From contig CM059432.1 in NCBI GenBank assembly GCA_030390025.1, forward strand, positions 7,006,001-7,070,000: DNA of 64,000 nt, in the 5' to 3' direction. Below the pieces are notes generated by a model. It was given only the letters and a program-made list of their open reading frames with translations, searched no databases and was not told where the DNA came from. The translations under genes and the position numbers were made by a program. Of the stretch, positions 49,373 to 61,878 are shown piece by piece. Within the stretch, counting starts at the first letter, position 1, and each line of letters opens with the position of its first letter. The stretch is from Squalus acanthias (taxonomy: Eukaryota).

Positions 49373-50081
49373 ATTTGTCAACAAGAGCAGAATAAGACCT
49401 CCTCGCAAGAAGGAACTCCAATGGACACTTCCTCACGGCACAGTGGAGCCCAGGACAGTGGTATTGGGAGTGACAGTGCACGAATTCGGATTGTTCAAAT
49501 TGAACAACAGAGTGGAACCAGTCATCACCGCCTTGCAAGACCTTCCCGCCAGTCTTCCATTGTGAAGAATTTAAATTTTATTCCATTTGATATATTTATT
49601 ACAGCCAGCCGTATCTCACTGATGACCTACTCATTTACCGTTAGTTCCAAATCAAAACCCCAACAAGAAAGCCAACAGCAGAAAGAGAGTGACAAAGTTG
49701 GCAAGAGTACATTAAACCTGCAAAATACTGAGACCGCCGGCGGGCCAGAGAACAAATTGGCCCAGCTAGGGTTTGCAGTACTGACAGCTGAGGATCTTCT
49801 GAATAGTAATGTCCCCTTGTCCACAGGGAAGGTTACCAGTCACTTGTCACTGGAGAGTCTCCACACGCCAAGCAGGTCATCAGCTCGACAAGCTCTGGGT
49901 GTCACCATAGTCCGACAGCCGGGCCGTAGAGGAGCAAATGATCTTCAGCTGGAGCCCTTCCTATACTTAGTGATATCTCAGCCGTCTTTGTTATTGAGCT
50001 GCCACCACCGAAAGCAGAAGGTGGATCTGTCGTTTTTTGACGCCACATTGAAAGCTGTCCCGCCAGACTACAAATGCATGG
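49373..50081 (+). CDS. VPS13B: VPS13B large internal coding exon (709 nt, phase 0 to 1)
   Basis: Acceptor cttatcattgcag|A, donor G|gtaaga; ICQQEQ...SGAQDSGIGSDS...RPSRQSSIVKNLNFIPFDIFITASRISLMTYS...SSARQALGVTIVRQPGRRG..DLQLEPFLY..SQPSLLLSCHHRKQ...DYKCM. Confidence 0.96.
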
Positions 50082-50154
50082 GTAAGAACATTTCCTAGCT
50101 TCAAAATTCATATTATGTTACCTATTGATTTTTCTCTCTCTCATTCTCATTTCG

Positions 50155-50466
50155 ACGGTACCTCCCAAACACGCAACCTCTACCACCTAGAAGGATGAGG
50201 GCAGCAGGCGCATGGGAACACCATCACCTCCGTGTTCCCCTCCAAGTCACACACCATCCTGACTTGGAAATATATCCTTCATCGTCGCTGGGTCAAAATC
50301 CTGGAACTCCCTCCCTAACAGCACTGTGGGAGTACTTTCACCACACGGACTGCAGCGGTTCAAGAAGGCAGCTCACCACCTACCTTCTCGAGGGCAATTA
50401 GGGATGGGCAATAAATGCTGGCCTTGCCAGCGACACCCACATCCCAGAAACGAATATTTAAAAAAT
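50155..50466 (+). mobile_element. 3' end of the 36281 LINE family
   Basis: Matches 38200-38510, including ggccttgccagcgacacccacatccc. Confidence 0.85.
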
Positions 50467-50523
50467 TCACCTCCCACCTCCCCCTCCTCCCTTACTACCA
50501 CAAACAATAACCCTACTTCTATT

Positions 50524-50995
50524 AATAAAAACAGAAAATGCTGGAAAAACTCAGCAGGTCAGGCAGCAACTGTGAAGAGAGAAACAGAGTTAACGTTTCA
50601 GGTCGCTCACCTTTCGTTAGAGCTTGGAATATGTTATCGATGTAACAGGTTTTAAGCATGTACAGAGGCAGGAAAAGGGGGAGGAAAGAACACAAGTGAA
50701 GGTCTGTGATAGGGTGGAAGGCAGGAGAGATTAAAACAGGTGATGGTAATGGGACAAGTAGAGAAACAAAAGATGGGTCTAGAGGAGGTGTGTATAGAAA
50801 TATCAGAATCATCAGCAACAGCTGCCGTCTGGGGAAAAAATGGGAGCAATGGTTATGGTCTGAAATTGTTGCACTCAATGTTGAGTCCGGAAGGCTGTAA
50901 AGTGCCTGATTGAAAGATATAGGGCTGTTCCTCGAGCTTACATTGAGTTTCAACAGTGAAGGAGGTCGAGGACAGAGAGGTCGGAGCGGAGAATT
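50524..50995 (-). mobile_element. Penelope-like element 3' fragment (GIY-YIG C-terminus and pseudo-LTR)
   Basis: Minus strand ETQCKLEEQPYIFQSGTLQPSGLNIECNNFRP* fits the PLE KLEEQxLIFxLGTLxPxGLN terminus, followed by a hammerhead-like motif and cctgacctgctgagt..tccagcattttctg. Confidence 0.78.
50586..50626 (-). ncRNA. Degenerate minimal type I hammerhead ribozyme in Penelope pseudo-LTR
   Basis: Minus strand agct-CTAACGA-aaggt-gagcg-acct-GAAA-cgtt-aact; the CUGANGA box has a G-to-A change. Confidence 0.55.
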
Positions 50996-51513
50996 AAAGT
51001 CACTACATCAATTAACATGGACATAACAGTATTGCCATTCTTAACATGGGGGTAGATTGGCATCAAGGTTTTCTCTCTCATTTTTTGTTAATATTTTAAT
51101 TAATTTGAGCTTAAAAATAAAATCAATTAGTCCTAGTCTCTTCCACACTGCACAAGGATGACTCTCATAGTTCCATAACACATTCGTACTGCCGAAGCTC
51201 ATAAGTGAAAGCATGGCTACATGGTGAGGTAACATTCTCCAACTAAATTTAATATATAGGGCAATAATCTGTCAAAGGAACCATTTTAAGTTTCACGCCA
51301 ATTTTTTCCCTCATTGCTCCTATCCTTAAGATGATAACTCGTGGTGGGAGATGGCTCCAAAAGCACCGAAACATTTGAAACTGCTGCAAATGTAGATCAG
51401 TAAGGACAGGATTGCGGAATATGGTGCGGGCAGCAGAATTTTGGATGAGCTGAAGTTTATGGAGGTCTGTCAGGAGAACATTGGTATGGGTCTCCTGGAG
51501 GTTACAACGGCAT

Positions 51514-52211
51514 GGGGCCCCGATAATAACTGCGAGGCAGGAAGGGAGCGGGAGCGGGGAGATTTAGCGGCTGGAAAACCCGGAAGTACAGGTTTCCCCG
51601 GAGGACCTGCTGAATTTAACGGCAGGACCTGATTTAATTTCCTTTTTTCTCTCCTTTCCCGGCTGCAGCCAGCCAGACTGAGAGGCTGCCGGGCAGGCAG
51701 GCCTGTAGCTCCAGGCCACTCCCAGGGATCAGCCATCGGGAGAGTGTCGGACATCAGGAGGGGAGATGACCTCGGACGAATATCGGACATCGGGTGGGGA
51801 GCCGACATGAGTGGGGGCGGGGTTGGCTGATCGCTGGTGGGAGTGGGGGGGGCGGCCCGGGGGCGGGGGAAGCACTCTTGCTCCTCCCGGCCCACAAGCA
51901 GTGCTGGAGAGGCACCTGTCTGCTCCATCCAATCGTTCTCACCTCCCTTCAGCTGCCGCTTTCCCGTGGCCTGGGAAACCCAGCTGGCCGGCCAGCATTA
52001 AATTTAAAACCGAGGTAAAATGTGAGGCACACAGCCTCATTACAATATTTAAATCCGGGACCCGCCTCCGGTTAGCAGGTTAGTCGCCCAGCCCGCCTCC
52101 GTTAAAACCAGAAGTGGGCGCGTAGTGGTCAGGTTTCCGATTTTTTTTTTTTTAACCACATTTTCCCCCCCCCCCCCCCCCGCCCATCCTGCAGGTTTAA
52201 AATTCCACCCC
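51514..52211. mobile_element. GC-rich MITE-like insertion within an old antisense L2 fragment
   Basis: GGGG..CCCC ends, right end tttaaaattccacccc, repeated cccgcctccg; L2 remnants on both sides (about 51400-51510 and 52212-52320). Confidence 0.55.
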
Positions 52212-52784
52212 ATGGTCTTTGCGAAGATTTCAGCGATAGGTGGAGCTGGGCGATACTATGAAAGTAAAAGTTGACTGTGTTTGTGATGGTGTTAGAAGCT
52301 GAGCTATGGGTCAAACAGATGAGTCATTATGTGTGATACATGCCCGGCACTTTCAGAAAGCCTTTTATTCATGCACGTGAGAATCCCAGTTGAAGTCACG
52401 TGCCCAGAAAAATCATGTTAGAGGGGCACTAGGACGAGACACAGCACGGAGCTAGCCTGTGCAAACATTGCTAACTTGCTTCTGTGTCCCGAGCTTCATC
52501 TGGTCAATGCTGAGTTATGTGGGAGTGCAGGAATTTGCCAACACTTACTGAGCGTAACCCACAAGGAAAATTTGCAAACCACGACTGTATAGAGTGTATT
52601 GCACGGTAGGAGACCATTCAGCCCATTGTGCTTGTGCTGGAGCTAGCTGTTCAAGTGGAACTGGCTTCCTCGCTGTTTCTTCCACTTTCGTTTTATACAT
52701 TTCCTTTCGTGAACGTTTACTAGAATAAAGAGCATCCTTTGACAAAGTTATTGATAAAAATGACTGCTTAGTAACAGTGATATA

Positions 52785-53462
52785 TATCTGGTCACCACAT
52801 TACAGGAAAGATGTGATTGCACTAGAGCGGGTACAGAGGAGATTTGCGAGGATGTTGCCAGGACTGGAGAATTTTAGCTGCGAGGAAAGATTGGATAGGC
52901 TGGGGTTGTTTTCTTTGGAGCAGAGGGGAGACCTTATTGAGGTGTATAAAATTATGAGGGGCCTAGATAGAGTGGATATGAAGGACCTATTTCCCCTAGA
53001 AGAGATAGTAGCCATGATGTGGAGATGCCGGTGTTGGACTGGGGTGGACAAATGTGAGAAGTCGCACAACACCAGGTTATAGTCCAACAGCTTTATTTGA
53101 TTTCAAATAAACCTGTTGGACTATAACCTGGTGTTGTGCGACTTCTCACCCTAGAAGAGAGGTCAATAACCAGGGGGCATAGATTTAAAGTAATTGGTAG
53201 AAGGATTTGAGGGGAGTTGAGGAGAACTTTTTTAACCCAGAGGGTGATGGGGGTCTGGAACTCACTGGAAAGAGTGGTAGAGGCAGAAACCCGCATCGCA
53301 TTTGAAAAGTACTTGGATGTGCACTTGAAGTGCCGTAACCTACAGGGCTACGGACCAAGAGCTGGAAAGTGGGATTAGGCTGGATAGCTCTTTTTTGGCC
53401 GGCACAGACACGATGGGCCGAATGGCCTCCTTCTGCGCCGTAAATTTCAATGATTCTATGAT
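52785..53462 (+). mobile_element. CR1 3' fragment interrupted by a palindromic insertion
   Basis: WSPHYRKDVIALERVQRRFARMLPG..DLFPL|insert|..ttcaatgattctatga. Confidence 0.88.
53006..53148. mobile_element. Palindromic Penelope-like micro-insertion, 12 bp TSD
   Basis: TSD ccctagaagaga (52994-53005, 53149-53160); 47 bp inverted arms with one mismatch around a tt loop. Confidence 0.75.
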
Positions 53463-54487
53463 ATAGGTGGAACAGTAGCATGCATTGAACGGAATATAGA
53501 TTTATGTGCACAATTTAATGGGTATAATTTTTACTGGTAAGTTGTAGCATGGCAAATATTTTATCAGTAACAACAGAAATCTTAGCAATCAGGAAACTTT
53601 GGAAAGAATATGATGGAAAATGGGGATAGATTATATTGTGTTCTGGTTGAGAGCAGAAGATTCAGATTTGTGAATCGGACCGCACTAGATGCGAGGTGGG
53701 TATTCCACGGTTTAGCTGCTTAAGATGTGCGTAGGATTGTTGATCCTACAAAAGTGTGGAATGAAGAAAGATTTACTTGCGTGTCTCAGATGCTACTCAT
53801 GAAGGACGATACAAATTGGGAACGACATGACATGTTGATTTTTCTCAACAGTTGAGAAAGTGTTGGCATATCTATAGCCATATGTTAATCTCGTTACATA
53901 TATTCATTCTGTTCATTCCTTTGCAAATGAGACAAGTACTTTGCCATTTAACCTAGTTGTACTGCCTCTTTGCGTTTAGTCTGAGCTCAGTATTGCAGAA
54001 TCTTTGGTAGACCTGCACGGCATTCAAGATGGCGGTAGATGCCAACATTCTGTTATTGAGGGTCTGGCATTGCTTTGCCTGCTCTCACTATGTGAGCAGA
54101 TGAAAGTACATTGCACTAAAATAGGAGAGTTCCATTTATTCTAAATTAAACAAATTGCCTGGCGAGGGGGAAAATAGAGCTGATTTGTAATGAATTAATG
54201 GGATATTTTGAGATTAGTTTTATCTCTGTATAATCCAGTGTTGTTGTGTAATTCAACGTGAGGGCAAACTAAATTCATATTTTACATTAAACACGAACCT
54301 CCAGCGGCTTAGCTTTTTACAAGGAAAATTATTTTCACTGGGATAAATGTTATATCTGGCATTTGAAGCAGTTTGTCAAATTTGGCACTTAATTTGGCAA
54401 TGCTCGTTCCTCACATTTCAGTCTTTTCCCCAAAAAAAAGTGAGAGGAGTGATGTAATATGTGATTTCATTTTTGTTTTTGTTGTAG

Positions 54488-54625
54488 ATCCTGGGAAGAC
54501 TCTTCCCGAAGCTCTGGACTACAGTGTGTTTTGGTTGCAGACTGTTGCGGGAGATGCCGATCTCAAAGCCGGCATTCCCCCTCCACTCGTCTCTCTGCAA
54601 ATCAAAGACTTCCTCAACGGGCCAG
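54488..54625 (+). CDS. VPS13B: VPS13B internal coding exon (138 nt, phase 1 to 1)
   Basis: Acceptor ttttgttgtag|AT, donor CCAG|gtaaaa; (D)PGKTLPEALDYSVFWLQTVAGDADLKAGIPPPLVSLQIKDFLNGP; phases match both neighbours. Confidence 0.95.
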
Positions 54626-56654
54626 GTAAAAGCACGAGACTTTGCACTGCCAGTGCCCGTGCTTGTGTGATCTCAGTCACCAGGAAAAATAAAAATGGGG
54701 CTTGATTACAGCAGCAAAGTCCGAGAGCTGTCGCCCGTTAAAATACGTTCCCCGAAAAGTGCAGCTTTTTGATTCCTTCAAAAAATCGTGCACATGTGCG
54801 CCATTAGGAGAGTGCAACTAAAACGCTTCTCGGGCGCAGCTGCGCCCTTCATCCTCTTGCGCTCGATTTTATGTGGTGCAAGCTGGAAACAGTAATCCTC
54901 AGAGGATTGAGTGAAGATTTTAAAAATTTACTCAAGTGAACTGTATGTTGTAAACAATTTGTCAGTTGGCAGGAGAAGGAGATAAACAGATGCAATTTAG
55001 CAGAAACTTAATCTCGTAATTCAAACACACAGGAAGCCCAGCAGTCATTCTGCATTATAAAAAGCTGAGTTCAATGACAGCAAGTAGCTAGACAGTGAAA
55101 CCACTAATGAATGGGTAATGGCAGGATATGGTAATGCACTTGATACCACATGAAGGGGCGATTTTTCCATACATTTGGCAAAGGCAGCCAACATATATTT
55201 TTTCCAGATTGAGGTAACAGGATACTAGTGTTGGTGTGTACACGTTATAGTTCCTGCAGGAAATGGTGCTAGCAACACTCAGACCTGGACGATAAGAATG
55301 TAGCGGTGTACTCTGTAAGGAAAAGGCCAATTATTGGCGTATCTGTGCAGGTTATAAATCGGTGGTGTAAGCCCGTCCATCATTCTGGCTGGCTTCAAAT
55401 TCTTGTAGTTTAAGGTCCTCCACGGCTTACTTTAGTTTATTACTAGCTGGAGAGACATAGCTTTATATGGGCCTTCAGAAAATAGCAATAAAAAATGATG
55501 TTGGCATCCTGTACGCTTAAAAAATAGTAGCATTGTGTTACCATTCTGGCAAAAAAAAAAGGATTATTTGCTGTATCCAAAATGTTACACATAACATAAT
55601 TCAAATAAAACTTCTGCTGCCTGTTTCCCCTCTGCCGTATAAACATGTGATTGATTGAGCCCCCCCCCCCCCTCCCCGCCTCACACTGGTTCAGGATACC
55701 AAATAAGTATTTCTTCAAGAGATTCCTGAATTTAGCAAAGGGTATAATTCCGTCCATTAACAAGGTCAGTGGTTTCTTGAAAACCTGCAGCATAATGTGA
55801 TCAGAAACCCACTAGACCAATAACTCCGGCAGGTGATAGATTAGTTGGAACAAATTGCAACCATTATGACCTGGCATCCCTGGTTTCTATCAAGCCGGTT
55901 TTTTTTCTCGAGGAGAAAAAAAAATGTCGTCATTTTTACACAGTGGTTGGGCCCAGCGGAGCGCCTGCAACAGGTTAATTTGAATCATATGAAGTGTCAC
56001 TGGCCTCAGCTGACACGAGCTTCATTCCATGTGTGAAACTGTAATAAATCCATTCCCAACTGAGGCAAATCCCCTATGAGTAGGTGAACTAATCCAGGCC
56101 TCATACTGGCATGCCGGCCCTCCATAATTTGAAGCAGGGCAACCTAGTCCCATTGCAACCAAAAAAAAAAGCTCTAGCGAGGGAGCATTAGATCAGATGC
56201 ACGCTGAACCTTCACAGTTCATTCAGTTCAGATGCGTGCCACAGATACGGCATCATATAAATTTAGGAATTTGCCCAATTGATCCCAGTTTTACAGTGTT
56301 TCTAACCATGGTGACACTGTTTGAAGTAATCATCTTTGATTTAAAGCGAGTTGACATGTGAAAAAATTGAGTTCGTCAAAATGTTGCTTTTTTGAAAAAA
56401 AAATTAACTTGAGGTCACTTGTTAATGTAATATGTTTTTATGAATAGATTTCTTTGCTTCCAGAGACGGTTGTTTGACATTGCAGCAACAATGTAATTCA
56501 GCACCAAAAATCAGTGTTTCTGCTTAGGAATATGAGAAAACACCTTCAAAGGAAAATATACTTGCTATCACATCAACGACAACCACTTGCATATAGTGTA
56601 AAAGGTCTCCACAGGAGCATTATCGAACAAAAATTTAACACCAAGCCGCATAAG

Positions 56655-57320
56655 GGGGGAGAAATTGGGTACCTTTGCGCCTCCCGTCATTGCCTCCGGG
56701 GGGCAATAACAGGGCGATAACCACTTAGCACCCGGGCGCGCTGAGAATATCGCCTCCCGCTAAATTCAGCGGGAGGTTTGCGGCGGCGGTATTGGCATTG
56801 CGCCCCGATTTCCTTCGCCCGGAGATCGTGACTTCATCGGCGTGCGCATCGCCCCGGACCTGAACTTCGGTTCCGCTCCCTGCAGCATCGCCGGGCGGCA
56901 ACACCGGCAGCTGCAGGAAACGTTCATCGGGAGGCCGGGTGCTTCGGGGGCGATACTTAAAGACGAGACGGCCGAGGTAGGGAAAGAAATAATCAAATGC
57001 TCGTTTTCTGGTTTTTTTCCCCAGCGCTCGATCAGCCCGGCACTCTGCTGCAGTGCATCGGGCTGATCGGGCCAGATCACGGCTGCCGTCGGGGTAGGTT
57101 TTGCCCTTGCAGAGCCTGCAGCGATGGCCCTTCCCTTTAAGGGAGGGAAGGAGCCTTCCAACGCGGCAGTGCTGCACGGCCCAGTGTGCAGCGCTGCTCA
57201 CCGACCCCCCTGCCTGCTGCCTGTTGCACTCCAGGCAGGAAGTGGACACTTGATTTAGCGCTCCACTTCCTTCCTGGAGTGCAAAACCAAATTTTTTAAA
57301 AGTTGAGAAACATTAGCGCC
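56655..57320. mobile_element. GC/CpG-rich MITE-like element truncated by CR1
   Basis: Starts gggggagaaattggg immediately after an L2 tail remnant (about 56575-56654); the right end is replaced by CR1. Confidence 0.55.
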
Positions 57321-57672
57321 TTGACAGGGTAGATGCTGAGAGGCTGTTTCCCCTGGCTGGAGAGTCTAGAACCAGGGGGCATAGTCTCAGGATAAGGGGT
57401 CGGCCATTTAGTACTGAGATAAGGAGAAATTTCTTCACTCAGAGGGTTGTAAATCTTTGGCATTCTCTACCCCAGAGGGCTGTGGATGCTCAGTCGTTGA
57501 GTATATTCTAGGCTGAGATCGATCTTTTTGGATATTAAGGGAATCAAGAGATATGGAGATCAGGCAGGAAAGTGGTGTTGAGGTCAAAGATCAGCCATGA
57601 TCTTATTGAATGGCGGAGCAGGCTTGAAGGGCCGTATGGCCTACTCCTGCTCTGATTTCTTATGTTCCATGA
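57321..57672 (+). mobile_element. CR1 3' fragment
   Basis: ttgacagggtagatgctgagaggctgtttcccctggctggagagtctagaacc...ttcttatgttcc. Confidence 0.85.
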
Positions 57673-57959
57673 CCTTATTGATTTCCTTCCCGTCTTGTGA
57701 CTTTCCCAAACTCCTATTCTACTGTTCCATGCTCTTATCTGCTCTGGACAGGTTCACAGTGTCTCTCTCTCCCAGTATCGGCAACCTCTGCTGCACAGGC
57801 TGCTGACTGTCTCCAGGAATAGATCCAAGCTGTTTCATGCCCTTCTTCCAGCACCTACTACATCTGTTGCACTGCTCAGGAGACAGTGTCTCCAACCTCT
57901 TGCCTCTCCACTCCAGTGTCTTCTCTGATCCTTCGACTCCTCCTCCAGTTACTCTCGTG

Positions 57960-58160
57960 TCTTCGACTACCCATCCCCTCTCTATTGCTGTGCAAGATGT
58001 CTACTCTCCGGAAGACAGTGCCCTTCGCATCCGTGACTTAATGTTGGATAAGAGCATTAATATCCTGTATCCAACAGAAGCTTGGCTGGTCTTTCCCTCT
58101 CACCGAGCTGCTCCTGTTGTCCTACGCATTGACTTAAAGATCCTCAATCACTTTCAAATC
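57960..58160 (+). mobile_element. Decayed L2 endonuclease N-terminus
   Basis: LSIAVQDVYSPEDSALRIRDLMLDKSINILYPTEAWL resembles the APE start NVRSLxNK..I.DLI....IDI..LTETWL. Confidence 0.5.
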
Positions 58161-58163
58161 CCT

Positions 58164-58606
58164 ACATAAGAACATAAGAAATAGCAGCAGGAGTAGGCCA
58201 TTCGGCCCCTCGAGCCTGCTCCACCATTCAATAAGATCATGGCTGATCTTCTGCCTCAACTCCATTCACCAGCCCCATCACCGTATCCCTTGATGCCCTT
58301 ACTAGTCAGAAATCTATCGACTTCTGTTTTGAATATACCCAATGACTGAGCCTCCACAGCCCTCGGGTAGAGAATTCCAAAGATTCACCACCCTCTGTAT
58401 GAAGAAATTTCTTCTCCTCTCAGTCCTGAATGGCCTACCCTTTATCCTGGGGCTGTGGCCCCTGGTTCTAGACTCCCCAGCCAAGGGAAACATTCTCCCA
58501 GCATCCACCCTATCAAGCCCTGTAATCATTTTGTATGCTTCAATGAGATCCCCTCTCATTCTTCTGAATTCAAGAGAATATAGGCCTAGTTTACTCAATC
58601 TCTTCT
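58164..58606 (-). mobile_element. CR1 3' fragment
   Basis: LGLYSLEFRRMRGDLIEAYK..TRGHS..RRNFFIQRVVNLWNSLP; acataagaacataagaa tail. Confidence 0.88.
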
Positions 58607-59616
58607 CTGGTCTCATCTCATGCTATTTAAGTAATCTTGTCCAGCCATAAGTCCTCACCTATTGTTCCACAGGGGTTTGGATCACTGCCTGTCCATTGTC
58701 ACCTCCATTCTATCATCAGGGACCGTCATCTGTCATCCATTACACCATTACTCTCTGGAGCTCCCTTTCAAAACCACTTTGGTTGGTACCTCTTTTGTTA
58801 CCTTTCATGGTATCCTGAAAAACCTATCTCTTCAACCATGCCCTTGGCCTCATTCTTCCACCATGCGCCCCACGCCACACAAGTTCCTTCACTTCCTACT
58901 TGGTGTCCATCTCTCAGCTCCTTGTAAATTGTTCTGAAACTTTCTTTTTAACAAAATGAGAAGCACTATATAAATATAAATTGTTTTAGCTACGTAAATA
59001 AGAGCCTCGAATGAACGTGTTTGTAATTGCTATCAGTACAGATGTCAGAATGCTTCCACTCTCTTAGATGCTTTTTGCGTTATGTCGGGTGGGGCTTTCA
59101 TGGTATGAAGATGGACTTGATATGGTTAGAAGCCTGGTCTCTGGAATATTGTAAAAAAAAATTGACAAATTTCTTTGAATTTTCAGGTAAGAACTTGAAT
59201 GGAGGCTCTTTCACCTCCAAGCACAGATTCAAACCGTGCACTTAAAAGGGAAAGAAACAACTTCATCTAAATTAAATAAATTCTTCAAAGCTGTGTAATT
59301 ATTTAATGCATTTAGCAAGCACAAAAAATTACTGTCACCAGTTTAAAAAGTCAGGTACAAATATGAGGACGCGGTGAAGATTTTGTTACCAGTATACATA
59401 ACCTTTTTGTTTTTATTTGAATTACATTTTTGGAAAATTTTCTTTTTTAAAAATAAATATATTTTCTTTTGAGATACAACCATTCTAATACCATTGACTA
59501 TGCCTGGGCTGTATATCTAGCCCATATATGTAATGTGGGGCCAAATTTTTAAAAAGAATCTAGTGGCAAACTCCACATAGCTAATATATTTGAATGTATG
59601 TTTTCAAACTGTGTGA

Positions 59617-60062
59617 TTAGTGGTATGACTCTGAGTCTGAAGGTTGTGGGTTCAAGCCCCACTCCAGGTACTTGAGCAGACAATCTAGGCTGACACTCCA
59701 GTGCAGTGCTGAGGGAGTGCTGCACTGTCGGAGGTGACGTCTTTCAGATGAGACGTTAAACCGAGGCCCCGTCGGCTCTCTCAGGTGGATAAAAGACCCC
59801 ATGGCACTATTTCGAAGAAGAGCTGGGGAGTTCTCCCCGGTGTCCTGGGCTATATTTATCCCTCAACCAATATCACTAAAACAGATTATCTGGTCATTAT
59901 CACATTGGTGTTTGTGGGACCTTGCTATGCGCAACTTGGCTGCTGCGATTCCCTACATTACAACAGTGACTACACTTCATAAGTACATCGTTGGCAGTAA
60001 AGCGAGTTGGGACATCCTGAGGATGTGAAAGGCGCTATATAAATGCAAGCTTTTTCTTTCTT
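59617..60062 (+). mobile_element. DeuSINE, near full length
   Basis: B box ggttcaagccc, Deu core, gaaaggcgctatataaatgcaag tail. Confidence 0.88.
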
Positions 60063-61485
60063 TCATTGTGAAAGCAATATCTTTGCTCCCAAGTATGTGT
60101 TCAAGTTTTAATATACTTCATGGGTACAGTTATAGTTCACCTAAAAATGTGCCTGAGAATAGCCCCTTGTACATATAATAGTAACATTTCTTTTAAATAA
60201 ATGTAAACTAGAAGTTTAGTTCAAAAATGTAGCTGCACGATGGGATTTAATACAAGGCACCTGCTTTTGTAAAGCTTTTCTGAGCTTTAAGTGTCCCAAA
60301 TATTATTAATGACACATGACTCCATTTAAAAAAAAAATCCAATTATAAATGATTACGGCAAAGTTAATTTTCTATGTTTTAGCACCACCAACATTGTCAA
60401 GTCCAATGTGATATTTCACTTTAATGGCATCCAACTATCCAGTGAGTTGTTTTTTTAAGCCGTAACAGAACTCTAGTCCATATAGTGTACTTGCTCCCTT
60501 GCAACAGCAGTGGCCATTTTTTAATTCTTTTTAATAAAAGGCAAATGCAAAGTAAAAGCTGAACCTGTCTACTACAAAATAACATATGTTTGTAGGAAGC
60601 AGTGCAGACATGCACGGGATTCCTAATTGAATTTGAGCACTTGTGGCACAAGCTGGCCCAGCTCCACCCCAGGACTGCACACACCTCTTGTAATTCACCC
60701 CAAATGTCCGTTGCTTGACGTACCACACAGTCTAATCGTAACTTGAGATTTATTATGTGGCATTTACCGTATTGTTTAAAAATTAGTTGATTTGTATTTC
60801 CCTCAGTGTTGGTAAGGAGCCTGTGGATTTGACAAATTGACTAATACGTACAAGATGTGCTCTTGAGTAAATTTTGTTTCAATGTTTTATCTTAAAGAAG
60901 GTAAATAGATTCTGGGAGCAGCTGGCTTTTGAGGAACAAGAAGATTCTCCCCACTCTTGACTCTCAAATGACTGCTGGCTAAATTGAGGATAACACAGAC
61001 TTAAATGAGGACTCCATGTTAAAGATTGTGTTCTGTACAATTGATTTATGACCCCTTTAAAGAATTTTAAGCAACAAACTAGGTGTAGGTACACAGGCAT
61101 TTCTGACTACTCGAATTATAAGTGAAAGAATGGTTAAATTATCAGAAAACGTGAGTGTGAGTGTGTGCGCGTGTGCGTGTCTTTGTAGTTTGCTCCGTTA
61201 ACCAAAAGAGATCACGTAAACGAGCCACTGAAAATGGATTAATTTTTTTTTTGGCGCACAGATTCAAATTGTTTTGTTTTATTTTCTTCAACCCCCCCCC
61301 CCCCCCCACTGCACAGGACAACTGTTTAATCGGGATGCTACGGTTGTGTATGTGGCACTATTAAACATGTTCAGCAAAATAATCAAAATAACCCTTTGCT
61401 TTGACGTGTATGTCGCGGTCTTCAACAAGTGTTTCCTTGAATGTGAGCAAATTTTTTTTTTAACGTTCTTTTTTTTTTTAAACAG

Positions 61486-61878
61486 CTGAAGTTCATTTGG
61501 AATTATCACGTCCCTGGAAAGTCAACCTAAGTCTTGTCAAACTGGATCAAGTAACAAATTTTTTAAAGAGGATTCTGCCCAGATACGGTTCTGAGATCAC
61601 CTCCAAAGCTGCAGTCTCCCCTGAAACAGTTTATAGCAAAGAGGAGCTGTTTACATCAGCATCTGGTACGAGGAATGAACCTGGATCGTTTACTGAGAGG
61701 GCAGTGGGTCCAGGAAGCATTTGGAAAACTGTCTCTTTCTTTCAGAAGTTTTCCATCCACACAGCTCAGATTGTGGTGGTAATGGAGACGGTACCTCATC
61801 CCAACAGGCCTTGCATTCTGGCCTCTCTTTCCAGTCTAAAAGGCATCCTTAATATAAAAGCAGGGCCCAAACCCACAG
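61486..61878 (+). CDS. VPS13B: VPS13B internal coding exon (393 nt, phase 1 to 1)
   Basis: Long poly-T tract then aaacag|CT, donor ACAG|gtgagt; (A)EVHLELSRPWKVNLSLVKLDQ...WKTVSFFQKFSIHTAQIVVVMETVPHPNRPCILASLSSLKGILNIKAGPKPT. Confidence 0.93.

Noticed and set aside
49367..50098. 243 aa ORF as a stand-alone gene
   Set aside because: It is a VPS13B exon plus a few intronic codons; the start is TTG inside the splice acceptor.
56655..57320. CpG island promoter (also 44379-45201, 51514-52211)
   Set aside because: Sharp edges, TIR-like termini and position inside or beside other repeats indicate inserted elements; their overlapping ORFs reflect high GC.
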